DNA of 64,000 nt from an uncultured delta proteobacterium. GTDB taxonomy: Bacteria; Myxococcota_A; Polyangia; Polyangiales; Polyangiaceae. Of this stretch, positions 42,621-54,407 are shown one piece after another. The notes below the pieces were generated by a model. The model searched no databases, was not told the DNA's origin, and saw only the letters and a list, made by a program, of their open reading frames with translations. Made by a program: the position numbers and the translations under genes. The stretch's first letter is position 1; every line of letters starts with the position of its first letter. The stretch spans positions 1,600,001 through 1,664,000 of the forward strand of contig CAWKKR010000008.1 in assembly GCA_963850305.1 (NCBI GenBank), read 5' to 3'.

Positions 42621-44567
42621 ATGCAGAGCGCGGCCCAGGATCCGGCTTCACCGGAGGCGTCGGTCGACGGGATGGCGGGCGCCCGCGCGGCCGCCCTCCG
42701 CCGGCTCGCGCGCCTCCGCGCGTGCGCGACCCCCATGCTGCTCCTCGGGCCGATCGCGATGGTGCTGACCGTCGACATTGCGCGCCGTGGCTCCCGGCTG
42801 CTGGCGTTCGACGGCTTTTATCGAGAGACGTACCTGGCCGCCGTCGTGGAGAGCGTCATCGTCTGGGGGACCTTGCTCTATGCGTCGTCGCGCCGTCGCG
42901 GGGCCGTTCGGTGGGTTCTCGCGACGCTTTTCGTGGTTGGTATGACGCTCACCGTGGGGGGCCAGCGGTACTTTCACGACCAGTACAACGCCTACCTGAA
43001 CGTCGATGTGTCCGTCTTTGCATCGAACTTGATGGACAGCGTCTTCAACCAGCTCTTCGCCGACATCGGCAACTACCTCATCGCGAAGATACCGCCGCTC
43101 TGCGTGGCGCTGTTTCTGGTGTGGGCCGCGCGCCGCGTGATTCGCCCGCACCGTCGTCCGGCCGTCGTCACCGCGGCGCTCGCACCGGTCTTTCTCGTGG
43201 CGTCCTTCTTCATCCCGACCCAGCACCGCCATATCCAGGCGGCGACGCCGGATGTTCTTTATCTCGAGGCCATCGGCGGCCTCATTCGCACCCAGCTCGG
43301 GTTCACGGATCAGTCGCGCCAGCTCCGACCCAAGGTGAGGCACTCGCTGCCCGTCGTTCTCGCGAACCCGCGGCGCACGGGACCGCGTCCGAACATTCTT
43401 TTCGTGATTCTGGAGAGCGTCCGCGCCGATGCCGTGTGCATCGAGCCGGAGGAACATTGCCGGCGCACGCCCTATTCGGATGCACTCGTGCCGGATCGGT
43501 TTCCCCTGTTGCAGATGCGTTCGCTCGACTCGTGCACGGCGATTTCCCTGGCGGTGCTCTGGTCGGGCGTGGGCCCGAACGAGCCGAGAGAAGTCTTGCA
43601 CACCTGGCCGCTGATCTTCGATTACGCGAAGGCGGCCGGGTACGACACCGCGTTCTGGACGTCCCAGAACATGATGTTCGGTAACGCGCGGCTCTGGGTC
43701 AAGAACCTCGGAGTGAGTCAATTCACCAGCGCGACGGAGCTGGATCCGACGTCGGACCTCGACATGGGAGCTCCCGAAAAGCTGCTCGCCGATCATGTCG
43801 CCGCTCACATCGGCGAGCTCAAGGAGCCGTTCCTGGCGGTCGTCCAGTTCTCCAACATGCACTACCCGTACATGGTGGATCGCAAGGGCGAGATGCCGTT
43901 CGTGCCGTGGACGACGAGCAAGGCACCGGACGATAACGAGCACTTTTTCAATTACTACCTGAACGGGGTTCGCCAGCAGGACGCCCACGTCGCGGCGATC
44001 CTCGAGCGCGTGAAGAAGAGCGCGCTCGGCGATCACACGATCATCGTTTACACGAGCGACCACGCCGAGGCATTTCGCGAGCACGGACAGATGGGGCACA
44101 CGTTCAGCGTGCTCGACGAGGAGGTCCACGTGCCTGCCTGGATCGACGCACCCAAGGGTACGCTCAGCGCGGATCAGGAGCAGAACCTTCGTCAGAAGCG
44201 CCACGCCTTCACGTTTCACGTCGATCTCACCGCGACGATCCTCGATCTCCTGGGTGTCTGGGACGACCCCGGGATCGCGCGCTACCGATCCAGGATGCTC
44301 GGCATGAGCTTGCTGCGCCCCGGGAGCAACGAGGGCGCCATCCCGCTCACGAACTGCGCGGGGGTCTGGAGCTGCGCGTTCGAGAACTGGGGCTACATGC
44401 GAAAGAACCTGAAGCTCGAGGCGCGGGCCTGGGACCCCGAGTGGCATTGTTTCGACGTCGCCGGCGACCCGGGCGAGAAGACGAACCTGGGCCGCGCTGC
44501 GTGCGGCGACCTCGAGGACAGGGCACTCGCGACGTTCGGACGTCTCCCAGGGGGAGAGCGGCGTTGA
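42621..44567 (+). CDS. Membrane-anchored sulfatase/LTA-synthase-like protein
   Basis: N-terminal TM helices, PNILFVILESVRAD, MHYPY, TSDHAE..EHG..GH; start uncertain. Confidence 0.8.
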   Translation: MQSAAQDPASPEASVDGMAGARAAALRRLARLRACATPMLLLGPIAMVLTVDIARRGSRLLAFDGFYRETYLAAVVESVIVWGTLLYASSRRRGAVRWVLATLFVVGMTLTVGGQRYFHDQYNAYLNVDVSVFASNLMDSVFNQLFADIGNYLIAKIPPLCVALFLVWAARRVIRPHRRPAVVTAALAPVFLVASFFIPTQHRHIQAATPDVLYLEAIGGLIRTQLGFTDQSRQLRPKVRHSLPVVLANPRRTGPRPNILFVILESVRADAVCIEPEEHCRRTPYSDALVPDRFPLLQMRSLDSCTAISLAVLWSGVGPNEPREVLHTWPLIFDYAKAAGYDTAFWTSQNMMFGNARLWVKNLGVSQFTSATELDPTSDLDMGAPEKLLADHVAAHIGELKEPFLAVVQFSNMHYPYMVDRKGEMPFVPWTTSKAPDDNEHFFNYYLNGVRQQDAHVAAILERVKKSALGDHTIIVYTSDHAEAFREHGQMGHTFSVLDEEVHVPAWIDAPKGTLSADQEQNLRQKRHAFTFHVDLTATILDLLGVWDDPGIARYRSRMLGMSLLRPGSNEGAIPLTNCAGVWSCAFENWGYMRKNLKLEARAWDPEWHCFDVAGDPGEKTNLGRAACGDLEDRALATFGRLPGGERR

Positions 44568-44607
44568 GAAATTCGCAGCAACAAACCCTCGAAATCTCGG
44601 AGCCTAC

Positions 44608-45687
44608 ATGACGGCCATCGAATCCATCGATCTCTTTCGCGAATCCACGGCGTGTACCCAGCCGGGAACGCAGCTCAGGCTCGTTCGTGCGGAGGCCGCG
44701 CTGTTTCGCAAGTGGTTCGCCGCGACCGGCATGCCCGACTACGTCGAGACGTTCGATCTCGCGGCGATCCCGTATCCGACCGCGTTCGGCCTGTTCCGCG
44801 CGCACCGGACGCTGTCTCCCTTCGTGACGATCACGAATCGGATGACGGTGGTCCGGTTCAAGGACAGCGAAGGCAAGACGAGGACGTTGCTCTTCGATCC
44901 GAGCGACGTCGAGCTCGGCGCAAACGTGCCCTTTTATCGGGACCTCGCGGCGAAGACACCGAAACCCCTGCTCGCGCTCGGGTTGAAGCGTTTCGCCAGC
45001 GTGTCGGAGCATCTGCTCCGCGTCGGCATCGCGCCCGAGGAGGTCGATTATCTCGCGTTCGATCACCTGCACACCCAGGACGTGCGCCGCCTCGTCGGAA
45101 CGCGAAGCGCCGCCGCCGACATTTCACCGAACGGTCCGATCGCGCCGCTTCTTCCGAACGCGAAGCTCCTCGTGCAGCGCGTCGAACTCGAGCACGTTCG
45201 CGAGCTACATCCGATTCAGGCGCCCTGGTATCAACCCGAGACGTATCGTGATCTGCGGCCCGAGGCGATCTTGCCGCTCGACGGCGACGTGATCCTCGGT
45301 GAAGGCGTGGCTCTCCTGTCCACGCCCGGGCACGCGACCGGAAATCAATCGCTCGTACTCAACACGCGGACGGGCATCTGGGCGATGAGCGAGAACGTCA
45401 TTGCCGCGGAGCTCCTCGCGCCGGAGCTCTCGCAAATTCCCGGTGTGCGCGAGTCAGCCCGGCGCTGGGGCAACGAGGTGATCCTGAACGGCAACACCCT
45501 CGAAGCTACGGCCCTCCAGTACAACTCGATCATCAAGGAGAAGAGCGTCGTCGATCGTTCGACGAGGGATGATCGATTCTTGCAATTTTTCCCGACGTCC
45601 GAGCTCACGCAGAACTGGATCAGCCCCGGAACGCGACCGACGTTCGTGCACGGCAAGGTCACGCACGGCCATCTACGACTGTCGTGA
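44608..45687 (+). CDS. Metallo-beta-lactamase-fold protein
   Basis: VDYLAFDHLHTQD, TPGHATGN. Confidence 0.75.
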   Translation: MTAIESIDLFRESTACTQPGTQLRLVRAEAALFRKWFAATGMPDYVETFDLAAIPYPTAFGLFRAHRTLSPFVTITNRMTVVRFKDSEGKTRTLLFDPSDVELGANVPFYRDLAAKTPKPLLALGLKRFASVSEHLLRVGIAPEEVDYLAFDHLHTQDVRRLVGTRSAAADISPNGPIAPLLPNAKLLVQRVELEHVRELHPIQAPWYQPETYRDLRPEAILPLDGDVILGEGVALLSTPGHATGNQSLVLNTRTGIWAMSENVIAAELLAPELSQIPGVRESARRWGNEVILNGNTLEATALQYNSIIKEKSVVDRSTRDDRFLQFFPTSELTQNWISPGTRPTFVHGKVTHGHLRLS

Positions 45688-45726
45688 CTCGGTCCGACGC
45701 ACCGTCCGGCCCGAGCGTCTCGCGCG

Positions 45727-46680
45727 TCAGCTCAGCTCGAGCATGCGATCGATCGGAAGCTTCGCTCGAAGCCTCAGCTCTTCCGGCATCTCGATCCGCG
45801 GCTCCAGATCCTTCAGGCAGAGATAGAGCTTTTCCATCGTGTTCATGCGCATGAAGGGGCACTCGTTGCACGCGCAGTTACCGTCCGGCGGTGCCGCGAT
45901 GAACGTCTTCCCGGGCGCGGCTCGCTCCATCTGGTGCAGAATGCCGGACTCGGTCACGACGATGTAGGTGTCCGCGGGGTCGGTAATTGCGAACTTGAGG
46001 AGCGCGGTGGTCGAACCCACGAAATCGGCCATGGCGAGCAAGGGCTCTTCGCATTCCGGATGAGCAATCACCTTCGCGCCCGGGTGTCGCTCCTTCAGGT
46101 CCACGAGCTTGCGGAGGCTGAACGTTTCATGAACGACGCAGCTTCCCGGCCAGAGTTGCATGTCGCGCCCCGTTTCCTTCACCAGATAGCGTCCGAGGTT
46201 CCGGTCCGGAGAAAACAGGATCTTTCGACCTGCCGGGATCGCCTGAACGATCTTCTTCGCGTTGCTGGACGTGCAGATGTAGTCGCTCTCCGCTTTTACT
46301 TCGGCCGAGCAATTGATGTACGTGATCGAGACCGCACCCGGGTGCTCGGCTTTCCACTTCCGGAACGCGTCCACCGGGCAACCGTCTGCGAGCGAGCAAC
46401 CCGCCTTCATGTCCGGCACCACGACGACGCGCTCCGGGTTCAAGATCTTTGCCGTCTCCGCCATGAAATGGACGCCGGCGAACGCGATGACGTCCGCCTT
46501 GGTCTTCTTTGCTTCCTGCGCGAGCTGCAGCGAATCTCCGATGAAGTCGGCAAGATCCTGGATCTCGCTCTCCTGGTAGTAGTGGGCGAGCAGGATGGCG
46601 TTCCGTTCCTTCTTCAGCCTGCGGATCTCGCTCTCGAGATCTCTTTCGCGAACCGGCGCCGCGCGTCCGAGCGAAATCAT
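45727..46680 (-). CDS. nadA: Quinolinate synthase
   Basis: [43 protein letters not shown]. Confidence 0.96.
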   Translation of the reverse strand: MISLGRAAPVRERDLESEIRRLKKERNAILLAHYYQESEIQDLADFIGDSLQLAQEAKKTKADVIAFAGVHFMAETAKILNPERVVVVPDMKAGCSLADGCPVDAFRKWKAEHPGAVSITYINCSAEVKAESDYICTSSNAKKIVQAIPAGRKILFSPDRNLGRYLVKETGRDMQLWPGSCVVHETFSLRKLVDLKERHPGAKVIAHPECEEPLLAMADFVGSTTALLKFAITDPADTYIVVTESGILHQMERAAPGKTFIAAPPDGNCACNECPFMRMNTMEKLYLCLKDLEPRIEMPEELRLRAKLPIDRMLELS

Positions 46681-46738
46681 GGGCCACAAGATAGGACGAA
46701 CGAGCGCGACCTGCCAGGTGACGCGCGTCCGTTCGAAT

Positions 46739-47734
46739 TCAATCCGCGGGCGGCTTGTCCACTTTCGGAACGGCGGCCGCGAAGCGTTCGGCGAACGTCT
46801 CCGGCGGAACGGCCTTCGCGACGTCGAGCTCGAAACCTGGGACCGTCTTCGGCGCGAGCTTGCCGAGGAGCTCCTCGATTTCCCGCTTGCTCAGGCCATG
46901 GGCACCAAGCGCCTCCGCATTCACCGAGCCCGGCTTTCCGACCAGTCCGCCGTTCTCCGCCGAGACGAGTGAGCGGAGCGCCGCGAGTTCCATCCTCGAT
47001 AGTTTCGCGCCGGCCACGTCGTAGTCGATCCATGCCTCGTAACTGAGCGGCGCGACGCGCTGGAGCATGCCGGCCATCACGCGCCCGAATTCCTGAATTT
47101 CCCACTGTGCGTGAGGGTCCACGCGCAGCGTCAGAAAGTGGAGCAGGTTGTGTAGATCGATCTTCCAGTACCACTGCGTGTACGTCGAGAGCGGCAGATC
47201 GATCCGCGCGAGCTCTCGCGCGATGTCCTCGCCCATCATCCACTCGTACGCGCCGCGGCTCGCGTCACGGATCGTGTTCCATCGCTCGAGCGCCTCGTCG
47301 TAGCGCGCCGGATCCGCGGCTTGGCCGCTTCTTCCTTGGTTGTTGCGGCGACTTTGTTCCTGAAACTGCCCCGCGGGCGGGGTGTAAAAGAGCATGGGCA
47401 TGAGCGAGTAGCGTCCGGAATACTCGTTCACGTTCGCGGTTCGATGCCGGATCCACTGTCGTGCGACGAACATCGGCATGGAGCAATGGAACTTGAGCTC
47501 CACCATCTCGCTCGGTGTCGTGTGCGCGTGCCGCCGCAGATAACGAAGTAGCCCGCGCGTCTGGCTCTGCTTTCGCGTGCCGTACCCATAGCTCACGCGG
47601 GCGGCGCGCTCGACGCACTCGTCCGTGCCCATGTAGTCGACGAGCGAGACGAACCCATGGTCGAGCACGGGAAAGTAAAGACCGAGGATCTCCTCGGCTG
47701 CGGGTGCGACGGGTCTGCGAGTACTGGAAGACAC
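46739..47734 (-). CDS. thyX: FAD-dependent thymidylate synthase
   Basis: [32 protein letters not shown]. Confidence 0.96.
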   Translation of the reverse strand: MSSSTRRPVAPAAEEILGLYFPVLDHGFVSLVDYMGTDECVERAARVSYGYGTRKQSQTRGLLRYLRRHAHTTPSEMVELKFHCSMPMFVARQWIRHRTANVNEYSGRYSLMPMLFYTPPAGQFQEQSRRNNQGRSGQAADPARYDEALERWNTIRDASRGAYEWMMGEDIARELARIDLPLSTYTQWYWKIDLHNLLHFLTLRVDPHAQWEIQEFGRVMAGMLQRVAPLSYEAWIDYDVAGAKLSRMELAALRSLVSAENGGLVGKPGSVNAEALGAHGLSKREIEELLGKLAPKTVPGFELDVAKAVPPETFAERFAAAVPKVDKPPAD

Positions 47735-47859
47735 GAGGATCCGTCTATCATTACTCGCCCCGCGCGCCCACGGCGAGCGGCGTCCACCGCGAGTCGAGAG
47801 CGCCCTCGAACGAAGTGCTACCGTGGAGCTTCGTTGTCACGTAGCGCCAGGACCAACGT

Positions 47860-50800
47860 CGGAGATCCGACCCGGCCGCGCCTGCTCGCGGCGGCGGTGG
47901 TGTTCGTCGCCGTCTTGGAGGGCGCGATGAGCGCCGCTCGCACCGGACCCCCGACGGCGACGGCGGCGACGCCCGAGTTCGTCCGTGGCGCCCGGTGGTT
48001 CCCGGTCGTCGACGACCCCAATCCGCGCCTCACGATGTCCGAGCCGGACGGCAGCGTTCGTGTCGTGGAACGCGGGCTCCGGCTCGTCGAGCATCCCGAC
48101 GGGCGGATCGAGCGCGCGGCGGATCTGCTACCTGCCGACGGCCCGCTCGCGGCGCTCGAGCTTCCGGCGCGCTTCGGGGGCGGGTTCCTGTTTTCCGTCA
48201 ACGATCGCGGAACGAGGCTCTGGCGAGCGCAATCCTGGACGGCGCGGCTCGCCCCTCTCACGCGGCTGCCGTTCGAGTCCACGAGCATCGTCGCAGGGTT
48301 CGATCGTCTCTATGCCTCGAGCGCGAGCACCCACGCGCTCGTCGGGGTCGATCCCGCAACGGGAGCGCTCGTCGGAGGCGGGGCCCTTCCCGATGCGCCG
48401 GCGTATGGCGGCGCCGCGTTCGCCGACGCGTGGATGGGGGCCGTCGAGGTGGACATCCGGGGCGGTCTCGTCACCTTCGACGCGGGTGCGAGCTTCCACC
48501 CGGTGCGCGTGCCACTCGTGACACCGGGTGTTTTCGAGCAAGGCGGTCGCGTGGTGCTCGGAACGAACGACGGCGCGTTTGCGCTTTCGCCGTCCGGGGA
48601 ACTGGAGCGCCTCGACGGCCCGACCGCGGATGCGGTGTTCGACGATCTCCGTCCAGTGCCATCGCCAGACTCCGAAGACGACGATGTGCCGCTCACGTCC
48701 GGGCATCCTCGCGAGAACGTGCTGGGCGGCCGTTCGCTCGAGGTCGTGGCGCTCCGTGGTTTGCCGGACTCGTCGACGACTGCGGTCGTCGTCGCGAACG
48801 GCGTCCTCGCACGCGTCGATCTCATCGACGGCAAGATTCTGGCGGTCGACGCGCACGCCGTGCCTCCCGGTTCCGATTGCGAGGCCATCCGACTGTTTTC
48901 GGGCCTCGGTTTCGTGTGTGGTGAAGATCGAGGTGGGACGAGCGTCTATGCGCTGCACGTGCCGCTCACGCTGGCCCCGGTGCTCGCCTACCCGGCGCCG
49001 CGGGTGGTGCTATCGGGTGGGACCGGCTCGATCGCCGTCAGGGGCGGATGTCCGGGCTCGGTTCGCGATGATTCGACATATTGCATCGTGCCGGCGTCCG
49101 GCCCGCGCCGGGAAATTCGTGTCATGGGCAATCCCGGCGTGGAGCGGGTCGTCCCTCTGGGCGATGGTCGCGTGGTCGTCATCGTTCCGCCTGGCCGTGG
49201 AAGGTCCGGGGCGATCACGGTCGTTCCCGTCTCGGGCCCGCTCGAAGTGCACCCGTTGTCCCTCGACGCCGTGCCGTCGGACGAGAAGCGACTCGTGGAG
49301 CGAGGCTCGTGGCTCGATGGCGTCGTCGAGCGTGACACCGGAAAGCTTTCGGCGTGGATCGCCGGGTCCGAGCCGTTCCTGGGGGTTCGAGATCGGCCTC
49401 GGCGGCTCCGTCGTCGCTGGACCCGCGCGGACGGGGGTCGACCGCGCCAGCTTCTGTGGAGAACTTGCGTTCGTCACCGATGACAGAGGGGGAGGGAGTG
49501 AATCGACCGACGGCGGCCAGACCTGGTCCGATGCGGACCTGCCCGCCTCGGCGGATCCGGACGAGGCATCGTCGGTCCACGAACGCGGCTGTACGCGGGT
49601 TGGCGCCAGCATCGGTTCCTGGGTGAGGATCGGTTGGGGCAAAGCCGTCGGATCGCCCGCGCTGGCGCTGGCGGCAGAACCCCCCATGGTCAAGATGCCT
49701 CCTGCGCCGTTCGTGACTTGGGCGTTCGAGTGTGCGGCCACGGGCGAAGAGGAGACCTCCGCGAAGGTGGCCGCCGAGAACGGCGGTCCGCGACCGCCGC
49801 CCGAGTCGCCCGCAAGCGCTGCGAGACCGTCGTCAAGCGCAGTCCAGGAGCTCGAGACGAGCGCATTCCGTCCCTTTCTCGGTATGCCGAGCCCCCCACT
49901 TTTGGCCACGGATCTCGGTTTCGACTTCGGGACCGAGGATCAGATCGTGGAGGCGCGCGGCTACGCGTGGGGGGCGCGCGATGGGGAGTGGGATCGTGTG
50001 GGCAGATGGCAAGTGCGGGTCGCGGATCGCTTTCGGGTGAAGCACTCGATTTGGTCGACCGCACCCTCCCGATCGCCTTGGGCCGACGCCGCCTCGGCGG
50101 CCGAAGTGTTCGGGAGCGAACCCTCTCACCGAATCTCGAACGAGTGGAACGCGCTTGTCGATCCGGTCGAGGACGCGGGCGTTCTCCTGATGCGCACGGG
50201 CTCGGCGGTGCAGCTAGTAGCCATCGAACGGGATCGTGCGATGGTCGTCGCCGAAAATACCGAGCAATTTTCGCTCGACCGCATCGTTTCGGCCGTGAAG
50301 GTGCGCGACCGTTTTTACCTGGGTTCGGTCCCCGGCCCGCGCTCCCTCGACATTCTGTCCTTCGATCACGGGGAACTGGCGACCCTCGGCTCTTATCCTC
50401 GGTTTTCCGACCCTCGTTACGCAGAGTCCGATGCCCGCGTCGTCCGCACCGCTCGCGGCGACGGTCTCGGCATCTGGGTCATCGGCAGAGGCCAGTTCGG
50501 GACGGCAGGTGGCGGCGATACTTGGTTCGTATACCCGGTCGATCCAGCGACGGGATATGCGGGTCGTCCGACCGTCGTTCATCGGGACGTTCTCGCTCAT
50601 TCGCCCCGTCCGTGCGATCTCGATGCGGACGGCTGGGTCCTCACGTACGACGTGAGCCCGAGCGTTGGCCGGATCGACTTCACGAACACGCGCGAAAACC
50701 CGTCGATCGGGCGGGTAGAGGCTCGCTTGCTGCTCAATGATGACGGGCTCTGCCTCGATTCACTGGCAGCGCAGGTCGACGGGGACCCTCCCAAGCGTCT

Positions 50801-50900
50801 CGAACCCACTGCCGCGTCGTCGAATACTCATCGTGGCGCGGAGCTCACGCTCACCGATCGCGCGACGGACCATCGGTGGGGATTTCGCTGCAGTCCATGA
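47860..50900 (+). CDS. Large secreted hypothetical protein (beta-propeller-like); frameshift near 49385; start uncertain
   Basis: Two long overlapping ORFs (to 49483 and to 50900); BNR-like TFDAGASF and STDGGQTW. Confidence 0.65.
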
Positions 50901-51142
50901 CGCTTCGTCAGCGCCATCTTTCACTTGTGAAAAGACTGCTCACTCGATCTGAACGACGGGAGGATCGCGCGGGCGTTTGAGGCCCGTTTAGATTGCAATC
51001 CCTGCTCTCGACTGCTACCGATATCGCGTCCGCGTGGAGTGAGGCTGTCCCCCCCGGCCCCTCTGCGCGGACACTTTCGTTCCCCGCGGGCAAAGCGGCG
51101 CGAGTCGCGCCGTGTGGGTCGGACAGCGCGCTCCAGTACCGC

Positions 51143-51961
51143 TCAGGAGTTCCTTTTCCCGAGCTCTGCGGACCGATGCGCAGCTTTCTCCACCGCGTCG
51201 ATGAACGTGCTCCGCAGACCGCCGCGCTCCAGAGCCGCCAGACCCGCGATGGTGGTCCCTCCAGGGCTGGTCACCATGTCTTTCAGCTTGGCCGGATGCT
51301 CTCCGGTTTCGAGCAAGAGCTTCGCGGATCCGTAAACGGTCTGCGCCGCGAGCAACACGGCGACGTCCCGCGGAAGCCCCATCTTCACGCCCCCGTCGGC
51401 GAGCGATTCGATCACGAGCATCACGTACGCGGGTCCGCTACCGGAAAGGCCCGTCACCGCGTCGAGATGGGTTTCGTCGAGCACGACGGTTCGACCCACC
51501 GCGTCGAAAAGGCGCCGCGCCGTTTCGAGGTCCATCGAGGACGCGCGCGCGCCGCCGCTGATCGCGGTCGCCCCCGAGAGAGCGAGCGCGGGAGTGTTGG
51601 GCATGGCGCGGACGACGCGCGCGCCGCTTCCGAGGCCCGCCTCGAGCGTACGAATGGACACGCCTGCAGCGATCGATATCACCAGATGCTCTTCGCCGAC
51701 GAGGTTGCCGCACTCCGAAAGGATTGCAGGAATGACTTGCGGCTTGACGGAAAGCACGAGGACGTTCGCCCAATTCACCAGATCGACGTTCGATGAGTGT
51801 GTTTCGATGCCATGGGTCGTGGCGAGCTCGGTAAGCCGCGCGGCGCGCGAATCGCTGGCACGGACCCCAGCCGAGGAGACGACCTTGGAAACGAGGAGAC
51901 CCGAGATCAGGGCGCCCGCCATGTTGCCCGCGCCCAGAAAGCCGATGCGTGTCGTGTTCAT
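51143..51961 (-). CDS. proC: Pyrroline-5-carboxylate reductase
   Basis: GFLGAGNMA, VKPQ, RAMPNTP, SGSGPAY, VTSPGGTT. Confidence 0.96.
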   Translation of the reverse strand: MNTTRIGFLGAGNMAGALISGLLVSKVVSSAGVRASDSRAARLTELATTHGIETHSSNVDLVNWANVLVLSVKPQVIPAILSECGNLVGEEHLVISIAAGVSIRTLEAGLGSGARVVRAMPNTPALALSGATAISGGARASSMDLETARRLFDAVGRTVVLDETHLDAVTGLSGSGPAYVMLVIESLADGGVKMGLPRDVAVLLAAQTVYGSAKLLLETGEHPAKLKDMVTSPGGTTIAGLAALERGGLRSTFIDAVEKAAHRSAELGKRNS

Positions 51962-52004
51962 TTCGTATTCCGTCCGTTGACCGGGCGACCTCTCGCGAGT
52001 CCGA

Positions 52005-52715
52005 TCATGCCGGGATACCGAGGGCGCGCAACGCCGATCGCACGTCCTTCGGGGATCGACACGCCACGACGCCCGCCGGCAACCTTCGGGAATTCGGCTC
52101 GTTCGTGACCCAGATGGCCCTGGCTCCGACGCCAAGAGCGCCTTCGACATCGGCCACCCACGCGTCGCCGACATGAACGAGTTCCGAGGTTTCGACGCCC
52201 AGACCGGCGGCAACGAACTCGAAGATCCGCGGATCGGGCTTCTCGAAGCCGAGTCGTCCGGAGTCGGCGACGACGGAGAAATACGAATGAAAGCGCATCT
52301 CCTCGAGTAACTCCGCGAGCCGGCCCTCCGAGTTCGAGACGATGCCGAGCGGTACGGCGCGCGCAGCGAGCTCCTGCACGAGCTCCATCATTCCTGGAAT
52401 GGGCTTCCGCCACAGGTTCTTGCGTGGCTGCTCGCTCCACAGAAAATCGACCAGAGCCGCGGTCATGTCGGGTTGCGAGTCGCCTGCCGCACGAACTCCG
52501 GCGCGTTCGAGGAGCGACGACATGAACGATCGCCACGCCTCGTAACCCGTCTCGCCGCGTCGCTTCGCCTCGTTGTACGCATCCCACGCGGCGGGACATT
52601 CCGCGTCCAGCCGAGCCACGTCGACGCGCGCTCCGCGCTCCTCGACGCGGCGGCTCACCAGCTTCGTGTCGAGTTCGGCGAGCGTTTGCCCATAGTCGAA
52701 GGTCACGGCGATCAT
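52005..52715 (-). CDS. HAD-family hydrolase
   Basis: FDYGQTL, VSN, KPDPRIF, HVGD..DVEGA. Confidence 0.9.
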   Translation of the reverse strand: MIAVTFDYGQTLAELDTKLVSRRVEERGARVDVARLDAECPAAWDAYNEAKRRGETGYEAWRSFMSSLLERAGVRAAGDSQPDMTAALVDFLWSEQPRKNLWRKPIPGMMELVQELAARAVPLGIVSNSEGRLAELLEEMRFHSYFSVVADSGRLGFEKPDPRIFEFVAAGLGVETSELVHVGDAWVADVEGALGVGARAIWVTNEPNSRRLPAGVVACRSPKDVRSALRALGIPA

Positions 52716-52725
52716 TTGCTCGGCC

Positions 52726-53820
52726 TCAACCGAAGAATCCCTTGAGCTTTTCGACGAGCGTGCGCGGGTGGGGTTGCACGTCTTGCCCGAGTTCGCGACC
52801 GAGCTCTTCGATGAGCGCCTCCGCGCGTGGCGACAGATTCGTCGGGACCTCGACGCTGACCGTCACGACCTGATCGCCGCGTCCGGCGCGGTACCGATGA
52901 GGCGCGCCCTTGCCCTTCACGCGAAGCACGCTCCCAGGCTGCGTCGAGGCGGGTACTCGCACTTTCAGGTTTCCAGCCAAGCTCGGCACTTCTATCTCCC
53001 CTCCGAGCGCGGCGACGGCGAACGTCACCGGTACCGTGCAGTGGAGATCGTCGCCTTCCCGGGTGAAGAACGAATGCGCCTCGACGTATATGAGGATCTC
53101 GAGATCGCCCGCGGGCTTGTCGGGACGAGTGCGGTTGCCGGCTCCCTCGATCACGCGGGTCGCTCCGTTTTCGATCCCCGCCGGGATCGTGACCTCCAGA
53201 CAGCTCGCGACCCGGCACAGTCCGCGGCCGCTGCAGCTGGAGCAGCGAGTGGTCGGAACCGTACCGCGGCCCCGACATGCCGAGCACGGCCGCTCGATCG
53301 CGACGGGCAGTACTCCCTGCTGGAACCGAACCCGGCCGCGCCCGCCACAAGCGGCGCATCGATCCACACGACTCCCTGGTTCCCCGCCGGCACCGGCGCA
53401 GTGGTCGCAGGTGTCCAGGCGATCATAGGAGATTTCCTTGGTGCACCCGAGCACGGACTCTTCGAACGTGAGGGACAGCTTCTGGCGCAGATCGCCGCGA
53501 TCGCCGGTCCGGATGCCGAACGCTCCCAGAAGATCGCCGAACAAGCCGTCGAGACCGAGGGAGCCGAGATCGACGAAACCAGGTCCGGCCGGCGTCCCCT
53601 GTCCGAACGCGGACGGCCCGAAGCGGTCATAAGCGGCGCGCTTCTCGTCGTCTTGCAGAATCTGGTACGCGGTGTTGATCTCCGTGAACCGAGCCTGAGC
53701 CGAGGGGTCGTTCGGATTTCGATCAGGATGGTGGAGGACCGCCAATTGACGAAAAGCGGTCCGGATATCGCCCTGGGTGGCGTTCCGATCGACGCCTAGG
53801 ACTTCGTAGGGGTCCCGCAC
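52726..53820 (-). CDS. dnaJ: DnaJ chaperone
   Basis: DPYEVLGV, HPD, four CxxCxGxG repeats. Confidence 0.93.
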   Translation of the reverse strand: MRDPYEVLGVDRNATQGDIRTAFRQLAVLHHPDRNPNDPSAQARFTEINTAYQILQDDEKRAAYDRFGPSAFGQGTPAGPGFVDLGSLGLDGLFGDLLGAFGIRTGDRGDLRQKLSLTFEESVLGCTKEISYDRLDTCDHCAGAGGEPGSRVDRCAACGGRGRVRFQQGVLPVAIERPCSACRGRGTVPTTRCSSCSGRGLCRVASCLEVTIPAGIENGATRVIEGAGNRTRPDKPAGDLEILIYVEAHSFFTREGDDLHCTVPVTFAVAALGGEIEVPSLAGNLKVRVPASTQPGSVLRVKGKGAPHRYRAGRGDQVVTVSVEVPTNLSPRAEALIEELGRELGQDVQPHPRTLVEKLKGFFG

Positions 53821-53998
53821 GCGCTCCGCATAGCATGGGCGGCGCCCAGCCGCGTCCTCGGGGTGGTGCCCGTCGCGCTCCGCCACCAATGACCCCGCCT
53901 GCGCGAGGGCGTGTAAACCAGCGGTTCCCCGATGAAGGCCACATTCCGGCCAAACGCCCTTGGCGTCTCGGGAACGCGGACGTTACGCTGGCCGCCGC

Positions 53999-54388
53999 AT
54001 GTCGGACGGATCGGATCGACGACGAGACTTTCGTGCTCCGATAGAGCTCAGGGTCGAATACAAGCGCCTGAACACGTTCTTCGCAGATTACACGAAGAAC
54101 ATCTCGCGCGGCGGCACCTTCATTGGAACCGATCGCCCCCTGGACGTCGGGACGGAGTTCATGTTCGCACTCGATCTGCCGACCCTCGCCGAACCGTTAC
54201 GTCTCCGCGGCCGCGTCATGTGGGTGACGTCTACCGACGAAGCCAGCAAGGCTAATCCGGCCGGCATGGGAATCGAGTTTCAATACGCCAACGCCGACGA
54301 GCGCCGGGACATGGAAAAGATGGTCGAGGATCTGGTGGTATCACAGCTTGGCGAGCACCTGGCCGCGAAGCTCCTCGGCAAGGATTGA
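53999..54388 (+). CDS. PilZ-like protein (myxobacterial TIGR02266-like)
   Basis: RRDFR, NISRGGTFI, GMGIEF. Confidence 0.85.
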   Translation: MSDGSDRRRDFRAPIELRVEYKRLNTFFADYTKNISRGGTFIGTDRPLDVGTEFMFALDLPTLAEPLRLRGRVMWVTSTDEASKANPAGMGIEFQYANADERRDMEKMVEDLVVSQLGEHLAAKLLGKD

Positions 54389-54407
54389 GCTCGAGGCTCC
54401 CTGGCGC